64,000 nt of DNA from Octopus bimaculoides (taxonomy: Eukaryota): the NCBI RefSeq assembly GCF_001194135.2, contig NC_068992.1, forward strand, positions 50,661,653-50,725,652, in the 5' to 3' direction. Numbering within the stretch: the stretch's first letter is position 1; the number at the start of each line of letters is the position of its first letter. The notes below the pieces were generated by a model that was not told the origin of the DNA, made no database searches, and saw nothing but the letters and a program-made list of their open reading frames with translations. Shown here piece after piece: positions 14,745 to 28,108 of the stretch. A program made the translations under genes and the position numbers.

Positions 14745-16258
14745 ATATAAGAGTGTTGGCATGATTTTGAAAATGCGTTACGTGTACTTTTACAGGCATA
14801 TGTGTGTTTGTTTGAGTGTGCATGTGTGCGCACGTGCGTGCGTTTCTGTAAATTGAATGTTTATGGAAGGTTACGTGTATCTGTCTCTGAATGTCTAGGC
14901 ACATTTAGCAATATATATTGCTAAATGTCCCAAGATTATATATACATATATTTGTCTAGACGTCTAACTCCTGTTTACGTTTGTGTCCCCATGTTTGTAC
15001 GGCTGAGTCTCTAAGTGTGTACGTATCAATGTTTGGTTTTGTTTATATGTAATGTCACCTTTGTGTAGAAGTACATATATGTCCGATTATGGAAGAATTG
15101 TCTATGCTATAAACCCTGTTAATATTTAACTGATGTGATGCTAGCGATAGAGTAGTGACGATTTATTTTAAACATGAATGAAGAGAAGAAACATTAAATA
15201 CTGGTTTAAACGAAATGATCACCATGATTTAAATTTAAGTATTGCGTTAACTGGGTGATAAACGTCACGACCTCCTTTTTAAAATGGCTGAAAGTTAAAC
15301 CAATGTCATTATATAAAAGGCGGTGATGAAAACATAGCGTGCACTTTGTTGAAACTGACAAAAGTCTTTCTGGCATAGCACCAAACTTCTAAAAGAGAAT
15401 AAAATAATATTCCCGTAGGCAAGTTCATTGGGAATATTTTGGCGTTAGATATAATCTGGCGACAATTATTTGCAAGATTTGTCAGTTTCAAATTTAAATA
15501 CCATTTTAAACTATGTGAATCATGCGGGTCCATTCGTTTTATTGCTATATACTTTTATATTTTAAGAGATACTGACATTTTTTGTATTAATTTGATCCAA
15601 AGCATCAAGGATCATAAAATTCGTTTAAATTTCTTTTTGATATCTTTTCTAAAACTCCAATTAATTTTCTCTTCAAACCCGAACATCATTTTATAAGAGA
15701 ATTTTAATGAGAAACAAGCGAATTGGAGATTTTATAATTTATATTTATTTCATCTTGATTTCCAGCTGTATCGATGGGTATTTTTATGCCTTTCCTACGT
15801 AATAGCATGAGGAATTAGGCTTGCGTCAGATTAAGGATACTTATATTTAACCTCAGTTTATGTAGATTGGCATACAAATTGAAACCATAAGCCAGTTAAT
15901 TCATATTGAAATTTTGGAGAAACGGCTTGATCAAAAGGTTTAGTTCTGTGTCTGTACAATCAGTTTTTCTATTTTTCTTATGACATATAACATAAACGAG
16001 TCAATTTCAGCAAGAATAGGAGAGAGTACAAACCATTACAGTCACACACATGGAAATGACATTGGATGGGGACGTTGAAACTTTGATTAAAACATCAATG
16101 CTACAGATTAATCTCCCTTTTGAAATGCTTACATAAAAAAAAGAACAACTGTGTTGTACATACCACTCTTTGCCCAAATGTGTGTGTGTGTTTGAGTGTC
16201 TGTAAGAGTATAGGTGGCCGTAAGAATGGGAGCTTGAGTAATATATTTTCCTTTGCAA

Positions 16259-16476
16259 GGCGGCGAGCTTGCAGGAACGTTAGCACGCCGTGCGAAATGC
16301 TTAGCAGTATTTCGTCTGTCTTTACGTTCTGAGTTCAAATTTCGCCGAGGTCGACTTTGCCTTTCATCCTTTCGGGGTCGATAGCTAATTACGAGTTGCG
16401 CACTGCGGTTGTTCTAATCGACTGGCCCCGTCCCCCCCAAAAATTTCGGGCCTTGTGCCTGGAGTAGGAAAGAATA
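16259..16476 (+). mobile_element. SINE family A, full length (tail type ii)
   Basis: Head ggcggcgagcttgcaggaacgttagcacgcc, B-box gagttcaaatt, central gcctttcatcctttcggggtcgat, tail ggccttgtgcctggagtaggaaagaata. Confidence 0.95.
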
Positions 16477-17260
16477 TATTTTACTTTGGAATGAATTTTT
16501 AGTTGAAATGTAACGTGATAAGCAGTCCTTCATGCTCTAGTCATTTCTATATACCACTTCACTATTTGCGATGNNNNNNNNNNNNNNNNNNNNNNNNNNN
16601 NNNNNNNNNNNNNNNNNNNNNNNNNNNNNNNNNNNNNNNNNNNNNNNNNNNNNNNNNNNNNNNNNNNNNNNNNNNNNNNNNNNNNNNNNNNNNNNNNNNN
16701 NNNNNNNNNNNNNNNNNNNNNNNNNNNNNNNNNNNNNNNNNNNNNNNNNNNNNNNNNNNNNNNNNNNNNNNNNNNNNNNNNNNNNNNNNNNNNNNNNNNN
16801 NNNNNNNNNNNNNNNNNNNNNNNNNNNNNNNNNNNNNNNNNNNNNNNNNNNNNNNNNNNNNNNNNNNNNNNNNNNNNNNNNNNNNNNNNNNNNNNNNNNN
16901 NNNNNNNNNNNNNNNNNNNNNNNNNNNNNNNNNNNNNNNNNNNNNNNNNNNNNNNNNNNNNNNNNNNNNNNNNNNNNNNNNNNNNNNNNNNNNNNNNNNN
17001 NNNNNNNNNNNNNNNNNNNNNNNNNNNNNNNNNNNNNNNNNNNNNNNNNNNNNNNNNNNNNNNNNNNNNNNNNNNNNNNNNNNNNNNNNNNNNNNNNNNN
17101 NNNNNNNNNNNNNNNNNNNNNNNNNNNNNNNNNNNNNNNNNNNNNNNNNNNNNNNNNNNNNNNNNNNNNNNNNNNNNNNNNNNNNNNNNNNNNNNNNNNN
17201 NNNNNNNNNNNNNNNNNNNNNNNNNNNNNNNNNNNNNNNNNNNNNNNNNNNNNNNNNNNN

Positions 17261-17318
<58 letters not shown>

Positions 17319-17529
17319 CTGTATATATGTATATAATCATTTAATCATTAATTGAAAGTACATTTTTTCTCAGGAAATTTTGTACTCGAAGGTGCCTACT
17401 ACTGGTGTTTAGAAGAAGTAGGTACAAATAGATCTAAATTCCCAAACATGTGTTGCAACATGTATGTATGTATGTACGTACGTACGTACGTACGTACGTA
17501 TGTATGTATGTATGATGTATATATGTGTG

Positions 17530-17567
<38 letters not shown>

Positions 17568-18031
17568 TGTAAATATATATAGATATACATATATATTTAT
17601 ATATATATGCAGACACATATACTTGTATGTATATATATGTATATATCCAGAGTATATAAATTCATGATCATCAAAACCAACAGCTTAAATAAATGGCCGA
17701 ATAGACCTCATTAATGCGACAGGATGGTTGCGTGTTTTATCACTTCACTGGTTGCACCAGTAATCTATTGTTCAAACATATACGTTCAATATATGAAGAT
17801 ACAATTTTATTAATCTCCATGTATTTTGACTAGTGACATGGCTGACACAAAGCAATATATTACTACTAAATGTGTTGTCGTCTCTGGAAGGAAATGAAAT
17901 CAGAAGATAACGCTGGATACAATAATGTATTCATTAGATTGAACTAGATACAATAACGATGTCCAGTCAAGCATTCTAATGTATATGTCATGTGCACTGT
18001 ATTTCGAGTCGGTGATAATATCATTTCAGGT

Positions 18032-18150
18032 GGAAAGGCGGTAAATTAGCAGAAAGTGAAGATCACCAGACACAATTTAATTACGTCTTCTTGAACATTA
18101 AGAGTTCAAATACTGCTGGGGGTCAGAGTTGCCTTTTATCTTACTGGGCT
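18032..18150 (+). mobile_element. SINE family A, highly degraded
   Basis: ggcggtaaattagcagaa...gagttcaaatact...gttgccttttatc. Confidence 0.6.
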
Positions 18151-18767
18151 GGGGAATTAAATTGCTTGGTTAAAATACTTTCTCATAAATATATATCCAC
18201 GTAATAATATAAGAAATTAACGTTGTTCCCGTTGCTGCTTAGACTTAGGCCTGCTATGACAGAGCAAACTTTCAAACAAAAATATTCCTCCCAAGACCAC
18301 ATGTCCCCTAACTTTAGATATAGTAGGTGTAGAGCTGAATTATCTGATATCGTAATTTATAGCCAAGGAGTTATAACTTCAATGAAATTTTGGTATTTGT
18401 TTCTGTGCGATCAAGTGACAACATAGAAACAGTGATCGTTGGGACAAAGAAATTAATACTAATTCAAGGTAACGAAACGTAGATATAACAGAAAGGTTTA
18501 TTCAAGCTGAATAAATATTTTTGCCAGGTGTAATTATTTCTTCCAGCCATATCAATAATAGGTTTCCGTAAGGGTAACAATTCCATTTCCTCTCTTTAAA
18601 AATTAAAATATTCTTACTTATTCCATGACTCAATATTACAAACTGTTTGTAAGGTGATGTATTGACGTGTTATTATTTCTTCTCTTTACACAGCTTGAAT
18701 AAGATTTGTTGAATTCAGTAGCATTAACTCGTCGGAGGTGATTGGATTTGAGAACCGACAACACTCT

Positions 18768-18809
<42 letters not shown>

Positions 18810-20049
18810 CTGTGTGTGTGCACCTGCACGTGCGTGTGTGTGTTTTTGTGCATGTGCGAGCGCGCTTGTGACTTGTGTATGATCGAAAGTTGTTTTTTTC
18901 TTTTACTAGCCGCAACACGTTTGTGTCTCACAGTTCTGCGCCGTACAATCTCCGTGAGGTTTGGTAAATACTCATTTTCATATTGTGTATCTAATTTGTG
19001 CCGCTAACATGAATGTATTTCAATAATCTTTGTCTCATGTGTACCGGAATCTCTCCTAAGTAGAATATGTATATGTATGATTACTTGTTGTGTAACACAA
19101 AGAACAAAGTATATCAGATGCTATATTTGTTGCTCCTTTGAGTAATAAAACGGAGTTGCCGGTCTATTATAAAATTAATATATGCCGAAGGAGAGAGAGA
19201 AAAAAAAACCTATATTACGATTTATTTAGCAAACTATTCAGTATAGGAGACGGTAATCGAATTTAGGCTTTTCTTTCAAAAGTTTTGATTACAATTTGCC
19301 GCTTTCATAAACGAAGTTTTTCCTGGCTCTACAAGTTATTATTATTACTCGTCATGTCCAATAAGATGACATAAAGAAGGTTGACAATATTTTAGACCAA
19401 ATATGATCAGCATAACAATTTCTAATCTTAATACACCGGTATTTTTGTACCATTATTTCTCCCTCCGAATACTTGAGAAATATAGAAACTGCCGGAAGGT
19501 TATATAAGTAGAACAGCAGAAATATAATGGAATAAATCAGAGCTAATGAAATGATAACAAATAAATAAGCTTGATAAAACTATCTGTAATATTTCTTCTT
19601 TTTTTTTTCCCTCTCCATTAGTCTGGTGTAGCCAAGATGGTAATAACATAATTAAACTAAAGATATAAATGGAAAAACTTTAACGCTAATTAGACCAATT
19701 ATATAAGATGATTATTTGGTTGATTATGTTATCTATTCTAATTAAATGTGTATGTAGTTCGTAAGGTACACATAGTACTTACGTGGATTAGAAATTAGCA
19801 CTTACCGAATGGCTGCTTTATTTCTTTAGAGACATCATCTATGAACCCAGTGACCAAGCATCGAAAATTAAGATGTTCTAGAATTGTAGTCAGTCTATAA
19901 TCAACACGTTTTAAGCTTGATGCAGTTCATTTAACAATTTATAGGTCGTATATTGATTTTGGCCATGCAACAATGACTTTACGCATACTTCAATTGAAAC
20001 GCCATAGCCACAGAATTTCTAATTTAGGTGCAAAACGAGCGAGTTTGAG

Positions 20050-20310
20050 GGTATTTTATTTTATCGACCCGAGAGAACGAAAGACAATTTTAACGCACAG
20101 CGTAAAAACCTAGAAATTTTGAGGGGAGAGTATGAATTTATATTATAGACAACAGTTTTTAACAGGCACATACTTTTATCGATCTCTGAGGGAAGAAAGG
20201 TAAAGTTGATCTGGGCAAGATAAAGAGTGTATCTGTATATATCAGAAATTAAAAAGCCGGGACAGATCTCGTAGGAAATTTTTGTCGATGCCCTAATGAT
20301 TCTATCAATA
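20050..20310 (-). mobile_element. Two degraded SINE family A fragments in tandem
   Basis: tattttatcgacccgagagaacgaaag at about 20055 and tacttttatcgatctctgagggaagaaaggtaaagttg at about 20172 both match the reverse-complemented central domain. Confidence 0.65.
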
Positions 20311-20680
20311 ATGCTTCTTGTATTTCGTCATTACATTTAATTTTCTTCATATATACCATTATACTTTCCTACAACTCTTGTCTTTCTATGTTTTGTTATC
20401 CCTAAGGACAGAAAACCCTCAAGTAATTTGCTCTATTGTAGACATTCTACCTGTATATGCAGTTACGTTGTCACCCCCATCTCGAATCTGAGTCTCGTAT
20501 GAATCATATACATTAAGTTGGCTCAAATGTATGGGCAATTTCATCTCTCCAGTTTGTTTTGACGGATAAATGGCGAAGGATTTAGTTAGCTGGCATATCA
20601 GTTTAGCGTTGGCATGGACAATCTATAAAAGAACAACATGGAAAAATGCACAATGTTTACTCAATAATATTAAATGTAAA

Positions 20681-20892
20681 GCTGGTGAGCCGGCAAAATC
20701 GTTAGCACGCCGGGTAAGATGCTTTGCGGCATTTCGTCCGCCTTTACGTTCTAAGTTCAAATTCAGCTGTGGTAAATTTTGTCTTTCATCCTTTCGAGGT
20801 CGATAAAATAAGTTGCAGTTGAGCACTGGTTTCGATGTAATCGACTTCCCTCCATCTCTCGAATTATTGGTCATATGCCAAAATTTGAAACG
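20681..20892 (+). mobile_element. SINE family A, full length (tail type iii)
   Basis: gctggtgagccggcaaaatcgttagcacgccggg...ctttcatcctttcgaggtcgataaaataag...gccaaaatttgaaacg. Confidence 0.95.
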
Positions 20893-21654
20893 AGAAATAT
20901 TACGTTTCCTAATAAGCATAGAGAGAAGAGTGAATCCTCAACGCTAAGAGAGGCAGTCGAAGAAGTTACAAGAGAGGTTTACTAAGTCGTCCTTATTGCA
21001 TTTATTGTGTATGATACCAATGACCTTCCTAATGCTGAAGACGAGATTTCAGTATCAATAAGAAAAGATATAGCATAAAGAGTGATGAATTAATGAAGAA
21101 CCTGCTTAAGAGGTTTGGAATCAGTAGGTGGTAAAACATTAGATGACAGTGTATTAGAGAAAGTTATTAATGTGAATGTTTATATGTGAGTAAGAGGTTG
21201 GAATCAGTAGATAGCATAGCGTTAGTTGGTGGCGAAACAATGAAAAGTAGCATAGGAAATGGATATAAGCGATCTATTTGAACAAGAATGCCTTATTAAC
21301 AATTATTATTAACAGAACCACAAGCGCTAGGAAAGGAAACAAAAAGTTTCATTGAATCCAGAAAATGTGTTTTACTTTATTTCATGAATCATGGCGTCTG
21401 ATTCGTGTTCATATCACTTTTCTCTTATTGTGAAGGTACCCACTCGGCTAATATCCCAATGCATTATTTTGCTTAGACAGAAATCTATGCGCTTATATTC
21501 CTTTTGTGCTAATATGCTGCACTTACTTAAAGTTGAGCTAGTTGGGATGTGAAATCAGGAGATAAGTTGTCAGAAGAATCATATTTCCTGACTTAATACC
21601 GATTCTGCCAATACTTTATTCTTTAGAAGATATGAATACATTTCCTCCCAACAG

Positions 21655-21835
21655 AGGTACGAGGCGTCAGGTTCGTGGGAAGGTTTTAATCAGTCGATTA
21701 CATTGACTTAAACAATCTATTGATTCTTACGCTATTATCTTCGGATGGATGAAAGGCAAAACAACCTTCAACAAGATTCGAAATCACAGTGTAAATGAAT
21801 GATATTAAGCGCTATGCATATTAAGCTGTGTACCA
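21655..21835 (-). mobile_element. SINE family A, degraded
   Basis: agtcgattacattgac and ggatgaaaggcaaa match the reverse-complemented consensus. Confidence 0.7.
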
Positions 21836-21959
21836 CCACATTCTAACATAGTCATATATCAAAATATAAAAGGAAAGTGTTGAAGTTTTAGCAGATTATA
21901 TTAATCCCAGTACTAGAATGCCACATTTGGTCAAACACTGAAAGAGAACAAGAACTAGA

Positions 21960-22135
21960 AGATGAAGAAAATGAAGGAGATGAAGTAGAAGAAGAAGAAG
22001 AAGAAGAAGAAGAAGAAAAAGAAGAAGAAGAAGAAGAAGAAGAAGAAGAAGAAGAAGAANNNNNNNNNNAGAAGAAGAAGGAGAAGAAGAAGAAGAAGAA
22101 GAAGAAGAAGAAGAAAAAGAAGAAGAAGGAGTAGG
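21960..22135. repeat. (GAA)n microsatellite spanning a 10-N gap
   Basis: Read directly from the sequence. Confidence 0.95.
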
Positions 22136-22527
22136 AAAGGGGTGTAGAAATGGAAGAAGACATGAAAAAGTAAACAGAAAAGGACAGGACCAAAGAGAAG
22201 AAAAAATATCTGTCGTTATTTATTGATAATCTTTAATCGAGTTTTAGCAGGCTTTGCATGATGGAGTTATCTGCATTTCAATAATTACTTTCGGTCTAAT
22301 GAATGTGTAAGAATAAATTTGTGCGTTTAATTGACTTCCAATTCATGAAGCTAATTGAATTAGTTAACAATATATTTTCATTAAATGAATGTAATGAAGA
22401 ATTTTCAATTACACGTCATTTAGAATTCATTGTAATCCGACATAGACGTCGAGGATTTTAGTATTTGCAAAGGTATATGACAAAGATAAAGGTGGCAGAC
22501 AGCGACGACGACAAACTTTTCCTCAAG

Positions 22528-22561
<34 letters not shown>

Positions 22562-22980
22562 GCTCTTTTACTCTTTTTTCTTATTTTTTCCCCTTTTTCA
22601 TTTTCGAAAAGAAAGGCTCTACATTTGTATTTATCCCCTCTGTGTCCAACCCGGTGTGGTCAATATAGAAAGCTAGCACTCTATTTATCTATCTATCTAC
22701 CTACTTACCTACATGCCTGCCTGCCTACCTACCTGTCTATCGATCTATCATTCCCGCATTTCACAGATGCCTCCTCGCTTTAAATGAAAAGGATAATACA
22801 GGCATACATACATACATAAAAACATACATACACACATACATACATAAGCGTCAAGTTGCGTATTTGGCATGGGGAACTGCTTATCGAAAATACGATGAAT
22901 ATTATCTCCAAATTTGGAGCCACAACTATCAGTCTTGTTATATAACTGGTTAATCTTTTCGCTCAATAAACAATCAGTCC

Positions 22981-23027
<47 letters not shown>

Positions 23028-23383
23028 CTTTGCCCATCCTTTAATTTTTCTTCACTTTTTTGATTGTCCTGAAACCTCTATCTCCCCCTCTGTCTATTTC
23101 TCCCTTTTTGCTTTTCTTTCTCTCTATCCCCCTTTTCCAAAAAAAACAAAACAAAAAGAAAAACCAACAAAAAATAGGAAAAAAAAAATTATCCTCTTCT
23201 AAACAAAGCAAAAGTGCATCCGATTCATATAAATGAACAGCGCAACGTTCTGTTTTTACCATTTTGATATTAATTTTGTCTTGACGAGACCGATAACCGA
23301 ACGAATGCACTAATAAAGATATATCCAAAATTCTGACTATCTCTATTTTCTCAATGTACAATATCTGTATAGCACTTCAAACA

Positions 23384-23424
<41 letters not shown>

Positions 23425-24300
23425 TATATATACATAATGTATGCTTTTGTTGTAAAGCGCACATATTGTTTTGTGTGCGATGGCGAAATGATGTAGACTG
23501 TTGAAATGAATGAAAAGAACTGGCGTAGAGTGTTTTTTACTCATAGCATTTCTGATGCATTTTCTCCGACATATATTGTTATTGCTTGTGTTATGTTTGT
23601 CACTGTCATTGTTACTATTGCAACTACTGCTATTGCTCTGATATTTAGTCGTCTAAGAATCCTTTAGTGGTGCCCCTGTCTACGAATTGCAAAGACACCT
23701 GTCGTTCTGGAAAGCAAGTAATCTACTGACAACAGATTGGTAGAATAATAAATATTCATTTTTTTTTTTTAACTTATTGTTTCACAGATTCAGAATGTCT
23801 TTGCGGTTTTATTGTAATTTTTCTTTCTTACATTCTTACATGCACTTTCCAAACTGGAAAACTTCAGGGCACTACACCACGCTGAGTGGAAGTCAACTGA
23901 AGACTTATCAATTATTTAGTACCTACGACGCCTACAGGAATATATACATTTCGCTCTATGGTGCTATTTTCGCCTGAAGGAATGGTCTGTGTTTCTGCAT
24001 CTTTGCTGGTTCTTTTCGTATTCAAGCAGTCATGCTGTTCATGTTGTTGTTACAATAAATACCATGAAATTATCCCTGATATTTATGTCTCGTTACTGTC
24101 GACGTTGATATATATATATATATATATACGTTATAGACACTAGAGTGAATTTTAGGAAAACCCAAACAATATTTAGTGTTGCTTTTGTCTATAATTGAGG
24201 TCAATAAAGTCGATATCAACCTTACTGTCATCTATATAAACTATTGTAACACTTTCTGCTGTTGGAAGTACTGCTATATTAATAAGTTGACATCTACTGT

Positions 24301-24515
24301 AGGGCGGAGAACTGGCGTGATCGTTAGCACACGGGGAAAATGCTAATCATTCCTTTCCACTATAGGTAAAATGTCTAAAATTCTAGTAAAAAGAAATAGT
24401 CGATTACATCGACTCCAGTGTTTCACTGGTACTTAATTTATCGCCCCCGAAAGGATGAAAGGTAAAATCAACCTCGGCGTAATTTGAACTCACAAAGTAA
24501 AGGCGGGCAAACACC
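24301..24515. mobile_element. SINE family A split by an inversion: head on + (24301-24346), body and tail on - (24349-24515)
   Basis: The + piece covers roughly consensus positions 1-45. The - piece starts at roughly position 48 and runs to the tail ...cctatagtggaaagga. Confidence 0.75.
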
Positions 24516-25650
24516 ACGTTGCCCAATTACATTAACTCATTTGATTCAAGCTTTATTTCATCAATCTTGTGTGATGAAAGGCAGAGTTGACCACAGTGGG
24601 ACTTACTTTGAATTTCATCCCTCTGGTGTGCAGAAAATATAATATGAGATATAATGAAAGCCAAACACTACCGTTAATCTCATCGGCTGACCATCTTCCC
24701 TAAAAATTGATCGTCACTTGCCTAAATCAAAAAGAAGAGGAATAACAATAGTAATGATTATGAAAGCAATGCTACCACAACGACAACAGTTACTGCACCT
24801 CCTTTCGTTGTCCTTCCTACTTTTACTTCTATTACAATTACTATCAAAACTATTGTTAGTACTTTTGTTATCTACTTTTCACATAGAACGACTTCCGTCA
24901 CTACCATCGCCTTAAATAAATCAATGTCAGCGTTCCATTATGCATATGTTCCTATGTATTTAATTTTTTCGTATGACATCAATCTCTCCCCTACTTAAAT
25001 ATAAACGTGCCAGTATAGGGATATTGGGACCTTGCACATGAAAAGAAGTTAAAGGAACTGACAAATAAATCTAACTATCACCGGAAATTAACTTTCTCTT
25101 AGAAACTATGAAATAATCACGTTTATCAATATCACTTCTCTTCCGGAAAGCATTCGTTGTTGTTGTTTTTATATTCTTATTCTTATATTCTTATATTCTT
25201 ATATTCTTTATATTCTTACTGTTTTTGTGAATCTTTATTTTCATTATTCGCTTGTCATTAATACTATTTATCTATCTTTTTTTTTATCTCGTGCGTTGCT
25301 ATTCAGCAGAAATGGTAGACGGCTTCCTAATTTGTTTACAGTTTCAGATGTATTCCTTTTCAGTACGCCGTTCATACTCTACCGGCCCAGGTAAGTATAT
25401 GTGGAAATGAAGATTCTTTTAATTCGAAACCGAAATTTTAAATTACTCAAGTTTCTCTTCGGCAATCGATTACATAAGTCTCAGTACTTAGTGAACATAT
25501 TTTGGCACACTATTTACAGTATGGAATATTTTCATTTTCATTTGTTACCAATATTGAAGGCTATTCAAACTTTTAGTATGTGTGTGTGAGTGAGTGTGTG
25601 TGTGTGTGCATGTGTGTGTGTGTGTGTGTGTGTATGTTTGTGTGTGCGTC

Positions 25651-25838
25651 TGTCGATGTTGGTGTGTTTACGTCCGCGCATCCTAGCGGTTCGGCGGTTC
25701 GTCAATAGAACAGATAGCATAAGTGCTAGGCTTACAAAGAATAAATCCTAGGGTCTATTTGTTCAACCAAATGCGGTGCTCCAGCATGGCCGCCGTCAAA
25801 TGGGTGAAACAAGTAAAAGGATAGAAGAATAAAGAATA
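25651..25838 (+). mobile_element. SINE family B, 3' part
   Basis: gatgttggtgtgtttacgtcc...gcggtgctccagcatggccgccgtcaaatgggtgaaacaagtaaaag is homologous to the copy at 50851-51290. Confidence 0.85.
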
Positions 25839-26517
25839 CACACACACACACACACGNNNNNNNNNNNNNNNNNNNNNNNNNNNNNNNNNNNNNNNNNNNN
25901 NNNNNNNNNNNNNNNNNNNNNNNNNNNNNNNNNNNNNNNNNNNNNNNNNNNNNNNNNNNNNNNNNNNNNNNATATATATATATATATATATACATACATT
26001 TATGTGTATAGCGACAAATCTTTCTAAGACCTGCCTACATATATATCATGTTCTACTACGTTCAACCCATCTGTGTCGATCTAGTACTAGCGTGTTCTGA
26101 GCGAAATTGCAGCGGACAATATAAATACATTACATACACGCATTCACACAAGCACACATATATTATATACCATGTGTCCATGTGTGTGTGTGTGTGTGTG
26201 TGTTTGTGTATGTGTGTGTGTGCGCGCGTGTGTGTGTAACAGATACAACATACTGTTTGTGTGTGCGTTGGTATGTTTAGTGTTTGTATGTGCGTTCATA
26301 CCCGAAAGCTAATATATAACTCTTGCACCATTGCCAAGGCGGAGATAGAGAAATATGTTGAGTAGCAAACGTCAGTAAATTAATTTTCAATTTATATATC
26401 AACCTAATTTTATATGACAGTTTGGTTCACTTGATAATGCACCAAATGTATGATGTATGTGTGCGTGAGTATATGTGTGTATTATCTGTACTTAGTTCCA
26501 CTCTCCTATGCAAAACA

Positions 26518-26559
<42 letters not shown>

Positions 26560-26689
26560 CTTATGTATATATATATGTATATATATACACATCCGCATAT
26601 ATACATTTATTCGCATGTGAATTTATGTGTGCATATATATGTATATATGTTTATATATACATACTGACATACATATGTGTGTGTGCGCG

Positions 26690-26728
<39 letters not shown>

Positions 26729-27665
26729 AAATGCATGCATAGTGCTTTTTTCCTTATCTGCTCTTAGAAATCTTTCCCCATAATTAGCATGCCGCTATGT
26801 CTTAGCACTACAGCGTTATTTTACCAAACTCCATTCTTTTTTGTTTTTGTTTTGCTTTCAAGTGTGAGGAATTCTATCCCAACACAGATATGTTACTGGA
26901 CTAAATATCTTTGCTTGAACTGCTAAGCCATCTGCACTACTTTGTCAATATTAATCTTTAAGCTAATGAACATCGCAAAACTTCAAACTCTATTCCAGCT
27001 GCACCACTTAATGTTCCGATAGAGATACATGCACCATGTCTTGCAGTAAATTGTAGCTGAGAAATAGTTTATTAGAATCAACATCGTGCGAGCTACCAAT
27101 TTAAAGTATCTTCAGGAATATTGTAATGAGAAATTATTCACTGGTGATTTATATTTTGTGTGTTCATAGTTCATTTCCAATTAAAATGATTCTGCATTTA
27201 TTTTGATAAGTAATACAAGAGGGTAATCAGTTCACACTTGGCTTTTATTATATATAATTTGATATTGGTGTATATACATTTATAACATACACACATATAC
27301 AAAGGCACACACACACACACTTGTGCGTGCGCGTGTATATATATATAAGGTTATATGTAGGTGTATATAGTCGTATAAATTGTATGTGTTTGTGTAATTT
27401 CTTCCAATAGAGTGGCATTAAAGGAGGTACCAACAAAATGTAAGATGTGGAATTATCAGTATGTAGCAACAGATGGTTTTTTAATTGTGTATTATATATC
27501 TTAATAATATCAGTTTATTATCTTTTTTGAAGCCGTAGGCACATGCTATACACAACGTCCTGGTTTCGATTCTGGGATCGGGGTAAACATTCTGTCCTTA
27601 AGCCTGAGCATTTTTCATGTTACTCCAGTTATAAATGAATACCCTTCCTCAATGTTCCTAAGCTT

Positions 27666-28108
27666 CACGGTTCCATATCTTCTCGGTAGTAGATACGTAT
27701 GTAGAACAAGGAGAATACGTATGACCCATGCTACCACGTCATACTTGCTCGCGAGTGATGGAAATTGCTCGGCATAATTACTTTCGAATGACGGTATTAT
27801 TTCTGGAAAACAGATTATAGCAGCGACTCCATCTAAGAATATCTGAACAAGGAATTGTATATATATATTACAAAAGGTACATGGTCTATTTTTTTTTATT
27901 ATAGTGCATTGTTGTACCATTCAAAACTTTTTATTCTTTTGATAAACATATTTCATGATGCCGTTCTTCATCGCCAAGGTTTCATGTCTTCTCAGGAATA
28001 GATAAGTATCTAGAACAAGGAGAAAATTATGGTCCATGCTACCACGTCACACTCGATTGCATGTGATGGAGATCATCCAATATAATTACATTGAATGACC
28101 ATATTACC
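27666..28108. repeat. Diverged tandem duplication: two units of about 140 bp, about 308 bp apart
   Basis: Shared cores tcttctc, tagaacaaggagaa, ccatgctaccacgtca, gtgatgga, ataattac and gaatgac occur in the same order in 27666-27800 and 27974-28108. Confidence 0.85.
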
